A stretch of 64,000 nucleotides of DNA, from positions 68,140,001-68,204,000 of the forward strand of contig OZ076409.1 of assembly GCA_964187785.1 (NCBI GenBank), written 5' to 3'. Below, piece after piece: positions 36,848 through 49,129 of this stretch (the first letter of the stretch is position 1; the number at the start of each line of letters is the position of its first letter). This DNA is from Amphiscolops sp. MND2022. Lineage: Eukaryota. The position numbers were made by a program, and so were the translations under genes. The notes beneath the pieces are model-generated. The model had not been told where the DNA came from and made no database searches. It saw only the letters and a program-made list of their open reading frames with translations.

Positions 36848-39800
36848 ATGTCAGAAGCTCTTATCAGATCTCGAAGCAGTCACCTTGGAACTGTCACCAG
36901 AGCAACAAATTCAGTCGCAGCAATGCTGCAAAGGTCCCCAGAAGAAATTTCGCTAGAAGAAGCATCTAAAATTGAAGCAGCTCTGGAGAGATGTGAAGAG
37001 CAAGAACAAAAGATTCACGACTTGGATCAGAGAATCAAAGACAAGTTAACAGAAGAAGAAGTTGAAGCAGCAATATTCGATAATGAGACAGAAAAGGTCG
37101 ACGAAAATCATCTCAAGGTTCGTTCGATTATCAAAACGATGAGAAAATTCCTTGAAAAGCTTACGTCTACATCAAACGATAACAGTACTGATGCAGTAAT
37201 CGTCAATAGCCGAAGCGGTGGCTCTGGACTCAAACTTCCAAAACTTAGTTTGCCGACTTTCAGTGGCAAATATGACGAGTGGACACCATTCTATGACCTG
37301 TTCATAGGGACAGTCGATACAAATAGCTCCTTATCGGACATCCAGAAGCTCCACTACCTCAAGTCATCCTTGCGTGACGAACCAGCGAAGTTACTAGCCC
37401 ATCTACCCATCACAAGTCAAAATTATGCAGTTGCAGTTCAACTTCTCAGAGACAATTATGCCAACAAACGCATGATCAGTCATACTCATTTACAATCAAT
37501 CTTCGAATTTCCTACTCTGAAATACGAATCGGCCGAGCAGCTACGTAAGTTAGTCAGTACTTATGTTGAAAACACGATGACTCTTCAAGCTATGAATCTA
37601 GATACGAGCCAATGCGATTTTATCTGGGTTTATACTATCGCAAAGAAGTTAGATCCTGAAACACGCAAACAATGGGAACTCTACAGTCCTGGCGATGATA
37701 TCCAGTCAATGCAGCAGATGAAGCGATTCCTGGAGAGAGCTCGAGCGTTGGAAGCGTCCTCGAGACAGCAACCAAAGGCAAATCAGGAGCGACGAGATGA
37801 CTCCCGACGACATCCCAACCCAAAACAGAATGCCTATCATGGGAATCTGAAAGCTGTTACCTGCTTGTGCTGTTCAGAGCCTCACAAAATCTACCAGTGT
37901 GAGAAATTCAAGGCCATGAGTTTCGATGACAAGCAACAGTTAGTAAAAGCCAAAAAATTATGTTATAATTGTCTACGTTCTGGACATACTGTCAAGGAGT
38001 GTAAGTCCGAATCCAAGTGTCAGACATGTAAAAAGGGTCACCATACGCTCCTACAAAGAGCTACGAATGACGGCGAAGAAGGTTCAGGCTCGAAACTCTT
38101 CGTGGGTCACTCGGGGATACTTTCTTCGCAGACCATCCTCCCTACAGTACTGGTTCCGATCTTCATTAACGAAGACAAATTCGTCGAATGCCGAGCTCTG
38201 TTGGATTCTGGAGCAGAATCTAGCTTCATGGGAGAGCAGTACTTGCAACGGTTAGGGCTACACCGAAGGAAAGCGACATTCGAGATAACAGGAATCGGAG
38301 GAGTCACAACCAATGCCAATCTTGGAACCGTAGATATCAAAATGCAAACGAAATCCAAAAGGTCAATCTACACAATTGCAGTGGTCATGAAAAAGCTTAC
38401 AGACCTTATTCCTAGTGTCACACCAAAGGCCAGTGATCTTCCTATTACTAATTCCTTGAAGTTATCAGATCCGAACTTTAGCCAGTCACGACATGTTGAC
38501 ATCATCCTCGGTGGTGAAGTCTACGAACAAATAGTTGGATATCGCAAAATCCAATTCTCTAAAACGCTCTATGCACGTGATACAGAATTCGGCTGGACTG
38601 TATGTGGCAGTCTAGGCTCCAAACCAGCACCCCGAATCCAAGCCTTCCGAGCATCAGTTGATTTTGATCTCGCACAGTTCTGGAAGCTCGAGGAGGTTCC
38701 GAAGTTCAACTCCTCGACCAAAAAAGAAATGGCGTGCGAAGATTTCTTCGTGAAAACTACAAAACTCGAGAATAATCGATTCATTGTAAAGCTACCCTTC
38801 AAGGAAAACAAGCCTCTTGGTGAATCTTACAGTCAAGCCGAGAGACGATATCTACTTCTCGAGAGGAAGTTGGACCAAAAGCCACTTCTCAAACTCCGAT
38901 ATAAAGCCTTCGTCGATGAATTCAAGGATCTGGAACATATGGAGCCAGTACCCTTGAAGGATCTTGCCAAGCCTTCAGACAAAACCTTCTACTTACCTCA
39001 TCACTGCGTATTCAAAGAAGACTCAACGACCACGAAGTTGAGAGTTGTCTTTGATGGATCTGCAAAAACTTCAACTGGAAATTCATTAAACGACAGTTTA
39101 ATGGTGGGAGCAACCGTGCAAGACGACCTCTTCTCGATCAGCATACGATTTCGAACGTATCCAGTAGCTCTCTCGGCAGACATCGCCAAGATGTACAGAC
39201 AAATCGAGATAGAAGAGAACGATCGCGACTTTCACAGAATTCTCTGGAGAGACGACAAAAACGAGCAACTACAACATCTGAGGATGAAGCGTGTAACCTA
39301 TGGTGTCGCATCTTCAGCCTTCCATTCAACTCGATGCTTAATCGAAGTAGCAAATCGAACAAAGAACAAAGAAGTTGAGCATCACCTCCGACACTCCTTT
39401 TATGTGGACGACTTCCTCGGAGGAGCAAACTCAATAGCAGAAGCCGAAACCCTGGTCAACAGCATGTGTCAGGAACTCGAGCTCCATGGATTTCCTATCA
39501 GAAAATGGTCTTCCAATCAACCTTCTATAGTGGACAAGCTTCCAAAAAATCTTCGAGAGACCACAGACAGCCTGCAGCTCTTCTCAGATGAGTACAAGGT
39601 GAAAACTTTAGGCATCTCATGGCAACCTAATCAGGATTACTTCTTCTTCAAATCTACAGTTGATCCGATCGACCACCAACGAAACGAAATCTCTTATCCT
39701 CAATAGCGAAGCTTTTTGACCCTATGGGTTTGTTAGCCCCGATAATCATCACCTACAAGTGTCTGATGCGTCAAGTCTGGCTCACTGGCGTTGGATGGGA

Positions 39801-41990
39801 CGACGAATTACCCAAGGATATATTGGCTCAGTGGCACGACCTCTTGAGTCAGATCTCTAATCTTGCAAAATTGAAGCTACCAAGAGCTTTGGCCAAAAAT
39901 TCTATCAAGGAACTCCAATTGCATATCTTCACAGATGCCTCAGAAATTGCTTATGCCGGAGTAATCTACTCCCGAACCGAAGACATCCTAGGATACATCT
40001 CTGTAAACCTCTTGACTTCAAAGACTAAGGTAGCACCAGTCAAAACTATTTCTATGCCAAAACTAGAACTCTGTGGTGCTCATCTTGGAACGAAACTGCT
40101 CAAATCTGTACGAAAGGTCCTTTCAGTAGCTCATTTCGATGCTCCGATTTATGCCTGGACCGACTCCACAATTGTGCTTCATTGGTTGGCGCAATTGCCT
40201 AGAACCTGGGCGACGTTCGTTGCTAATCGAGTCTCAGACATACAAGATTCTGTGCCTCGAGAAAACTGGAATCATGTTCCTACCAAGGACAACCCTGCGG
40301 ATCTAGCCTCGAGAGGAACTACAGTGCAGCAACTCGTGGATTCTCAGCTTTGGTGGACAGGACCTAGCTGGTTGGCGCAGGAATCGGACACTTGGCCCGA
40401 TCTCAAACCAGCGCATGTCGATCCTCCAGAGAAACGAGAACTTAAAGTTAAGGATTCGCTTGCAGCATTCACTATTGCAATTCAAACCCAACTAGAAATC
40501 GTTCCGATCGAAAAATACAGCAGCCTGCGAAAAATTATTCGAATCATGTGCTATGTACTTCAATTCGTGAAAGATTTACGAAAAAGTATAGACGAAACAG
40601 CCTTGGGTCCAAAGAACCGACGTTTGGCCAAATTTCATCTCGTTCAAATCGAACAACTAAAATACCTCTCAGAAGTCTATCTCACTCTCAGCGATAACGA
40701 GGAGCTCGATAAAGCCTCGAATCTTCGAAACTTGTCACCTTTCATGGACAAAGAATTCAACATTCTCAGAGTCGGTGGACGTCTGGGACAGTCATCATAC
40801 TCCGAGTCAAAGAAGTTTCCGGTGTTAGTTCCAAAAGAGTCAAAATTGGTTCATCTAATCATCGCACAATATCATGAAGTTACCATTCATGGTGGGGTGC
40901 AACTGACTCTAAATTCGATTCGAGAGCATTATTGGATCATCACAGGAAAGGTCTTGGTGAATCAATTCATCAGGAAATGCGTCAATTGTTTTCGATATTC
41001 AGCCAAAGCTCCAAGTCAATTAATGGCTGATCTCCCAGCGAACGAGTGACACCCGCACGACCATTCTCGCAAACGGGACTTGACTTCGCTGGACCCTTAC
41101 AACTCAAAGAAGGCAATGATGTCAAGAAAATCTATATTGCAGTTTTCGTTTGCCTAACGACAAAGGCAGTCCATCGCGAACTCGTATCTTCTTTAACGAA
41201 AGAAGATTGCATTTTTGCCTTAAAAAGGTTTGCAGCGAGGCGAGGAACCCCTAAAAAGATCCTTAGCGACAATGGAAAAAATTTCATCGGCGCACGAAAC
41301 GAGCTTCTTCAAGTTCGTGCGTTACTTAACAGTGACAAAAAAGAGAAATCTCTCGTCCAATTTGTGAACGAAAACGGAATCGAGTGGGTAACAATTCCAC
41401 CCCGCTCTCCGCACTTCGGTGGGCTATGGGAGGCAGCTGTGAAGAGCATGAAGAGACATTTGCGACGAGTAGTTGGTCTTCAAGTACTCCGATATGAAAA
41501 ATTGCTAACGACTTTGACACAATTCGAAGCAATTCTGAACTCAAGACCTCTCCACCCTCTCACCAATGATCCTAACGACAATGCCCCGCTCACGCCTTCG
41601 CACTTCCTGATTGGCGGAAGCCTGTTGGCTCTCCCAGAAGATGACATAGAAGTCACAACCAACATCAGACTCAAGCTGATGCAAAGGATCCAACAGGACT
41701 TTTGGAAGTCTTGGAAAAGAGACTATCTGACAACTCTTCAAATCAGGAAGCGATGGTTCACTAATGGACCTGAGTATAATGTGGGCGACCTAGTTCTCAT
41801 TGCAGAAGACAATGAGGCACCTCTTCAATGGAAAACTGGGCGAATAAAACAGATCTTCACTGGAAATGATGGAAATGTCCGGGTTGTGAAGGTGAAGACA
41901 AGTACTGGGGAGCTGATGCGACCCGTAGTCAAGCTCCGAAAACTCCCCATCGATGCAGGGAATGCTGTAGCACCCCAGCAAAGGTCATAA
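36848..41990 (+). pseudogene. BEL-3 Gag-Pol polyprotein with two single-base frameshifts (~39670, ~41045)
   Basis: LPTFSGKYDEW, three Cys/His knuckles, LLDSGA, YLPHHCV, ADIAKMY, FYVDD, DASE..KLEL..WTDS..NPAD, integrase DFAGP/SDNG/WEAAVK. The frameshifts could be real lesions or assembly errors. Confidence 0.93.
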
Positions 41991-42630
41991 TTACGATTAT
42001 CATTCATTATTCGCTTGTTATTCTTCATTTAGATGATTTTATGACTTGACTCAAAATCGCAAAAATTCTCCCCCAGTGACCGATTTCACTTCTGGAAAAT
42101 TAATTTGGTACTATACAACGGCCAAGACTCCCGGCATTTGGAATCTACCTGATTTGAGACTCTACGACGTTTATTTTCTTTGTTATTCAACAATATTCAA
42201 CGATCATGACTCAATTTCACTGATGTTAAGTCTATAAAATAGCAAAAATCTCAAGGATTTATTGAAATCAGCATAAACAGCATCATCAAGGTATCAGGAA
42301 CGAATACAAACTTCAATGATCAAAGAAAACAAACAGTTTAAAGAAGTATCACCATTTATCAGCAGCGACGTTCTCCAGTCACGGTATACTTCCTTGCCAA
42401 CATCTGTTGTTCAGCAGCGAATTCAGCATCAACTACTCGTTCGACAAAAATGAGTGAGCAAACTGTGCCCTCAGGGATTCCAGTCCATACCGAATGCAGA
42501 TAACCATATGGCCAGTACAGTGTACAACCTGGTTCAATGATACACCACGAAACTTGCCGAGCCGTTGTTTTCGAAAGTGATTGCAAGTAACGGATGGTGT
42601 CAGAAAAATTCGTTCGACGACATCTGGCTA

Positions 42631-42981
42631 GGGTGGGCGGAAATAGGTCGAAGGAACGGGATCGAAAATCAGAGTTAGTCCTCAGGTCGACATACCAAAT
42701 TTTTTGAATGGGATCGAAACAACTCGGATCGAAATTTTTAAAACGTAGTCAGATATGTTCACATACCCCTAGTGCCCTAAATGCAGGAGCGAAGCGAAGC
42801 GGATCGACGTGCCATTATGGCCATGCCTCAATGTTGCTACTTGGCGAAGGGAGCGAAGCGACCGAGCCATACAACAAATACGATAAAATTCGACCGCATT
42901 CCATTCGATCCCAGCAATTCGATCAAAAGGTTCGACCTCTGTCCTTTCGACCAGAAAAATTCGACCTGTTTACAGCCACCC
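42631..42981. mobile_element. Mutator-like MITE (GGTCGAA/TTCGACC arms, core A) inserted in the JmjC gene
   Basis: GGGTGG...CCACCC ends; 9-bp TSD ATCTGGCTA (42622-42630 / 42982-42990). Confidence 0.9.
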
Positions 42982-43528
42982 ATCTGGCTATTACATCTAG
43001 CTGTTTTCCTGTTGGTGAGGATTTGCAGAACAACCATAACTTCCTTCCATTCAAGAGGTTCATGATTGCGTGACCTTTTTCGAAAAGATCATGATGAAAT
43101 GGTCGAAAGCTACTATTCTCCACTAAGATTTGATCGCCTTTTCTCTCTTCCACCAACTCAACATTCTGAAGTGCTTTGTGTAATATAACTGGATTTTTCG
43201 AATTGCTTCCTGAAACCACTCTTGAAGAGTTTTCTACACAAAGACTCCGACAAGATACCCTGATGCCAATGATCTGGAATATCATCTAATGAAGACATAT
43301 TTCGCAGAATATCTTCATCATTCTCAGGCAACCAGATTGCCCTCTCCTGAATTATGGCCAACTCCAGTGCGCTCTAGGACTTCTGTGATTGTTTTCACGG
43401 GTACACAACTTAAATAAGATGTCTTCAGCCACGTGACAAATAAGTCCAGACTGGGAACCGCAGCAACTTCCTGATGTCTCCCTAATGTTCTGGGGTTGTT
43501 TTTTGTGAAATCGGGTACCCTTTTTGCC

Positions 43529-44072
43529 GGGAAATGGTCATTTCGCCTAATGCCATTTCGCCTAAAGTCATTTCGCCTAACGTGTTTGGTCACTTCGCCT
43601 AATTTTTTTTAGGCGAAACGTCTTTTACTTTGGTCACTTCGCCTAATTTTTTTTCAGAAACGTGAAAAACACATGAAATTGGAAAACAAATAAATCGTTT
43701 AAGATCTAAAACTAAAAAGTGATATAAAATAGAAAACGTGCCTCGGATATGTCCCATTCCTTCTAGTGCCCCGCGGCCCCTTGGGGCCGCTTATGTTCCA
43801 TCTTGCTAAGCGAGGTCGAACAGGAGCAAAGACCTAGCGGGAACGGAGATCGCGAAGCGATCGTAGTGGGAGCTGGTCTTTGCGACGGTGAGGGCGAGTG
43901 TGCATACACCGCATATGCCCCACATTTTGATATTTTTGCTTTCAGAAAGCCTTTTTCGAAACATGATTATTTAGACGTTATTCCCGTTTGGTCATTTCGC
44001 CTAATTTTTTTAGGCGAAATGACTCAACTAAATTTTTAGGCGAAATGGCATTAGGCGAAATGACCTGCATCC
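43529..44072. mobile_element. Mutator-like MITE (TCATTTCGCCTAA arms, core B) inserted in the JmjC gene
   Basis: Inverted motif arms; TSD TTTTTGCC (43521-43528 / 44073-44080). Confidence 0.9.
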
Positions 44073-44180
44073 TTTTTGCCCTTCCTGTCTCAGCTCTCTT
44101 CTGGTCACGAACAACAAATTCAGCACACATGCCTTATCTGGAAAGGAAAAACATTGAAGTCCCTTCAACGCGGGCGGCTA

Positions 44181-45054
44181 TTTTGAGACTTTCTAAATTA
44201 CTATGACACGTCACTTAGAAATGCTTCAAATTTAAATCAATCAATCAGAAACTGACAACCATGCAAGTCATGCGTGAAAACTTTGACTTTTAACTTCATT
44301 GTATCTTTTTTTAGTTCTTGTTCTTTGTGTACTGAGTGTCTTGCTATATGGTTCCCAAATATGGTACCCTTCATTGATTTACAGACGTAAATTGGAATTA
44401 TTCAACATGAAGTGCCTGAAATGGGTTACTGGTTTATCAAACTATCTTGAACAACTTGCTGCAACATACACACTTCCAATTTCTTTCTATCTTGTTTTCC
44501 AAGACATGCTTTTCCTTAATAAGACCATCCATGGCAAATATGACCTAAATATTAAAGACTTTATATGTTTTAGCCATCCTGCTAAAGATCTCAGAAGCTC
44601 CAAATTCATCCATCTTTCCCCAGTAAACCCCTGTCACAAATTCAAAACCCAGGAATCTTACTTCCAGAGAATCTGCTGCTACTCTAACTACCTATCAGCA
44701 ATCAATATTTCTGTCTTGGATAACTTCAACAGCTTCAGAAGGGACCTTTCTATTTACCTTCATAATCGAGTGTCTTCCTTTGATATAAATCGTTCTTGCA
44801 CTTGGTTTATTAAGTGCTCTTGTAGCATCTGTCGTGCTTGAAATTTTTTTTCACTTTTTACCCTGTAAAAGTCATTTATACCGCCTTTTAGAACATGCCT
44901 TTTAATACAAAGGGAATTAAGTCTTTCAGTAGTAGTAGTAGTAGTAGTAGTTCACAAATCAATTGAATCAAGTTGTACTTCTTTTAAACTGATCATAATT
45001 GTTTAATCTCATCACGTAAGAATTGAACTTTCTTTTCTTATTCATCCAGCAACA
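44181..45054 (+). repeat. BEL-3 3' LTR, interrupted by a LINE fragment
   Basis: 44181-44323 plus ~44950-45054 together match 36563-36806. Confidence 0.93.
44324..44950 (+). mobile_element. 5'-truncated CR1/L2-group LINE 3' end with (AGT)n tail
   Basis: Post-RT peptide VLSVLLYGSQIWYP...KLE, ending CTWFIKCSCSIC*; (AGT)n microsatellite tail at 44928-44950; absent from the 5' LTR. Confidence 0.85.
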
Positions 45055-47041
45055 CCCCCCTTTCACAGTTTTCGGCCTTGTGAGATTTTTCAAAAGTAAT
45101 AATTTTTGTCTTAAAGTTAGGTTTTCTCAGGCCCAGCACGCTATATCCGATTTTTTTTCAAAGACCGGTGTTTTTCATATGCGACTTTTTCAATTTTTTT
45201 TCATCGAAGTCCCCCCTCAATTTTTACCAAAAATGAAACGTTTTGCGACTCTAAAGGACTCGTCATGGTTTTCGGCACTATGCGACTTCAAAAAAATTGC
45301 CGGTGACCTTCAAAAAAATTTTTCCAAAAATATTTTGGAAAAATTTTTGAAAAAAAATTATAAAAAAAATTTTTCCTTCAATTTTCTGTTTGTTTTTAAG
45401 GATTTCCGTTGAGAAAGATGGGTTTTTTTTGCTGTTTTCAGTTGGGGAAGAATGGTTTTCGAGACTTATGCCCATCCCTTCGGGTATTTTTTGGCGCTGT
45501 AAAATTGATGAAATTTTAACATACTCCTTTTACCCTTGGTTCTACGTATGATATTGCTTATTTGGTTTTCAAAACTTCGCAAGTGTTTGTGAAGCACGGC
45601 TTCGCCTCTGTGTTCAATTTGGGACCATAAAATTTTGTATCACTTTGAACTATTTTGGTCAGTTCGTGTGGATTGAAAACAAAATTTTAAAAAATAAAAA
45701 AAGAGTCACTATAATAGTCTCGTTTCACTTCATGAAGCGCCGACTAAAAACATCCTCAGCGTATTAAGAAGACCGCTGTTTGAGCCTTGAGCGATGCGCC
45801 GAAGTCTCTTATACCTCGCAAGGGCCGTGTGCTCTTGAAGCCATAGATGTCAAGGTTTCTTGCTCTTTATAAGAAGCCGGTATAAAGGATAGTTGATTGC
45901 GCTGCAAGCTGCAGAGCCTCCTTACAGTGTCAATATACATTTTAAAATTGCGTTCACAAAATTGTTCAAGAACGGTAAATTGAAGGTATAGCAAAATCAC
46001 ACAATATTTCATCGCTGAGGTCAATTAGTTCGAGGAGAGCCTCCCCGCTTCAACCAGAAGTAAACGTAAATTTTGCCATATTCAGTTTGATCTTGCGTTA
46101 ACGATTCCTTTTTCAAAAATCATTTTCCAATAAAGTTTTCCTTCAAAAGTTAGTTTTTATTGATATTGTTTGCTTAGAATGTTAAGGGTTGTGTTTCGTC
46201 TGTCCTTGGTAAAACTATTTTTTGAAACAGTTCCTTCTAAACTTGTAGTTATCATAGGCCGTCAAACTTTGATATAGTTCGCGTTCTCTTGTTTTTTTTT
46301 GTTATTGTTTTTTCGCGTTTTCCCAGTGATTTGATGTTATTCTTCGGAAAATGCGATTCTATCGTGATGAGAAAATTTTATTTTTGGACCTACAAAAGCA
46401 CGATTTTCTGAAATGTTTCCAATGGGTCGAAAGTCTTCCAATCTGCCTAAAAAGTTTCATCTCAGACAGAAATTTTGTTTATCGTGCACTCTGATAGGTT
46501 AAATGTTAGAATCTTTTCATATTCAATATATCGACTGCCCCTTTATCGTGTATTGTAGAAGTTGTAGTCAGCTATTACACATACTCCTTGTGCAATACTA
46601 GTCCGACTTGGACGGGCGGAAAGCGCCGCGAGAGGAGGAACGCCGAGTTGTACAACCAGTATTTACTATATTGGCTCGTATAGCACTAAAATGCGATCTG
46701 AATTCTTCTGTTTGAGACCGATTTTCTAAACTCGGTTGTATGAAGTGAACGAAAATTGCGTCCTCTTACTTTCTCATTATTGTAAAGCTTTCATCAAAAG
46801 TTCGATCTTTCATCTCCTCTACTTTGAATAGCAAAGCCGACACGCTTTCAAGCAGTTAAAAACAACCGGACGAGTTTCGTTGTCTACGGCTTGGAAACGC
46901 GAATCTCAAGTTTCCATACCTGGAATAATGCATCGTACTCGTATGCTGACTCAGAAAAAGTTTTTTGGTAAAATGAAATATCTTACAATGTATTAATGAT
47001 CAATTAGGGAATACAAATCAAAAGTTTGGTTTTTGGAATCG

Positions 47042-49129
47042 TTATGCATGTTTTAATTTGTAGTAGGCTTCGATTTCGGCATCAAATATTTTCTTGGCTT
47101 CGTTGTAGAGCTTGCGGTCGTAATAAACTCGTTTTTCAATGGCTTCTCTCTGAGTGCTTGTGATTAAGCCCTTTTCGTAGTTCATGTTCACATTTGCTTT
47201 TATTTCTGGTTCCATGTTGAGTGACAGCATGAACTCGAGTAACTCTTCTGTCATCTTGAAGTTCTCCGTGATTCCAACTAAAGCAAACTTTTTGAGGTTC
47301 TTGAGAGCCTCTTCGTAATGGCTATCGTTTACGGCAATGATTTTTGTAACACCTTTGATATAAGTATCAGGGCCTCCGGAAAATGTAGAAAACAAATCCG
47401 GGTATTTGTCGAACTGGAACATTCGGATAGAATGGTTATCGAAGAATGGAATTTGTTTGTTTTGCGTCTTAACTAAAAAGTCATCCAAACTGGTGCTATC
47501 GAAGACATCCGTGAAAAGTTGATCGCCCAGAAGTTGGGGGTACTTTCCGTGTTTGATATATTGGTACATGGACACGAACCTCGTGACTGGGTCTCGCAAA
47601 ACAGTGACGTAATAACCAGCCTGAGGCACCATGCGATGCAAACCGAACGACCTCTTGTCAAGTGACATGAGTTTGACTTCTGGTTTACGTGTGGCATCTT
47701 TGTAAAAGTTGATCATGTTGGAACAGTAATAGCTGAGGATTACTTTATACTTTGGCTTCTGCATCTGAGCACTGCTTCCTCGCTATGGCCCAGGTGTATT
47801 GTATACCGTTTTCCGAGTTATGTGATGTTTTATATAACATGTCCAGTCGTAAATTTAAAAGGCCAGTCTTTAATCGTTTTTCTCTTGCGAAATGATTTAT
47901 TTTCGTATGTAAAAGTTAATGGTTTCTTGTCAGTCAAAATTGCGGTCTTAATTGTCTCAATTTTTTCCACCACTTTTTTCTTCAAAGAATCACATAATTT
48001 AATGTTTTCAATGTTTGGAGTAAAAACCATTCTTACGTTCAATGCATGATGGTATTATCTACTTTTGAATAACGATAATTTTTGATGAACGGTACACCAT
48101 ACAGTTTTGGGCACCAGTCTGCGCAGTGCCGTTTCCATTGAGGTGCCGCTAGATTTCATCACGTGCACGAAGTATATGTGGGCATGTCTGTATTTGGCTA
48201 CATTGGCCCGGAAGTCGTCTATAGTGTGATAAGATAAGTATGGATTGGGTAGCAAGAATGTTGTGTTGTCGGGCACGAAGCCAATGCACCTAAACAATAA
48301 TCCCATCGAAGTCTTTCATATATTTCATAATTTATTTTAGAAAAGTGTCTTAAAAGTGTGAACAATGTCGAGCTTTTATTGAAACTGCTAACTTTTACAA
48401 TTTGCCAATGGACCAACATTTGATGGTGGATTATTTATTTTGTTTATCGTGTATATATCCAATAACATGTGCTATTCGAGTTAAGAATTTAATCATTGTT
48501 GCAAGTTATGAAGATATGGAAAAAATTGTTATAATTTTGAATGGCTCACAAGGGGGTTCATGTGTATGAACTTCATGCATTTAATTTTATGCTGATTTTC
48601 AATGTTAATGTTGAATTGGTATGATTGTTGTTCAAAATTTCCAATCATGCTATTCACACATTTGTGGAGCTCTATTGATTTTCATTTTTATGCTGTTAAG
48701 GTATTATTAAAAATGGTGCCTATTTCTGTACCTGTTAAAAGACTCCATCATGGAGAGGCAGTAGCTGTGTTTGCCTTTGACTTCGCTTCTATCGAATGAA
48801 TGATGATATGACGTTTGTTGGATTTTCTTATTCAAGTCATCACATGACCATACTTTGGGCAAGTGCAAAACTTGGTCGTGTTCTGCTGAAACTGACCCCT
48901 CGTTTTCCTCAGGATAGTGCTCGGCTTCTATATCTTTGCCCCCGTCGCCGCCACTGTTGCTGATTTCAGCCTCATTGTCGAATGTTTTGAAGAGCACGAG
49001 GTAGGTGATAGAGGAAGCTATCCATATGAAGAAAAGTAACTTGACTGTCGTTTTCTGCGCGAATTTTCGCATGTTTAGCATCATAGTTTCCAGAGGTAAA
49101 CGTTTGACGGATGACTTGTCGGGGATCAT
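47042..49129 (-). CDS. Golgi type II membrane sulfotransferase (HS2ST / Gal3ST / Sulfotransfer_2-like), about 3 coding exons
   Basis: TM segment LLFFIWIASSITYLVLF; 5'-PSB IYFVHVMKSSGTS; 3'-PB YVTVLRDPVTRFVSMY. Exons ~49129-48732 and 48289-~48103 are joined by a phase-2 GT-AG intron. The last exon is ~47780-47042, and its acceptor is uncertain. Confidence 0.85.

Larger units (their letters stand above)
42359..44130 (-). pseudogene. Antisense JmjC-domain (Fe(II)/2-oxoglutarate oxygenase) cargo gene of BEL-3, ~285 aa after removing two MITEs and two +1 frameshifts
   Basis: Motifs RPFHHD, MNLLNGRKLWLF and IEPGCTLYWPYGYLHSVWT follow the JmjC HxD...GxKxW...PGxxxxxPxGxxHxV pattern. Excising each MITE plus one TSD restores the frame at both sites. 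ATG at 44130, with a splice acceptor at 44138-44139. Confidence 0.8.
36563..45054 (+). mobile_element. Young full-length BEL/Pao LTR retrotransposon (BEL-3)
   Basis: 244-bp LTRs differing at ~5 positions; TSD CCCCC (36558-36562 / 45055-45059); PBS TGGTGCCGCG at 36810; PPT-like GCGGGCGGCTA before 44181. Confidence 0.95.
36066..45612 (+). mobile_element. Second Helentron-like element, inserted at a TT site, carrying a tRNA-like segment and hosting BEL-3
   Basis: ACACTTGCGA (36066) / TCGCAAGTGT (45577) sub-terminal IR; hairpin GAAGC-ACG-GCTTC at 45591-45603; A-box/B-box-like TAGCGG...GGTTCGAACCC at ~36170-36222. Confidence 0.6.
35581..45750 (-). mobile_element. Helentron/DINE-like non-autonomous element split by nested insertions (own sequence 35581-36065 and 45615-45750)
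   Basis: The two halves rejoin into the reverse complement of the intact copy at 58973-59630. AGTCGGCGC sub-terminal IR, 3' stem-loop and AAAGGGTCCCC minisatellite are present. Confidence 0.7.

Noticed and set aside
44299..44841. 180-aa ORF with a signal-peptide-like start
   Set aside because: A chance fusion of LTR sequence to a 5'-truncated LINE ORF2 C-terminus.
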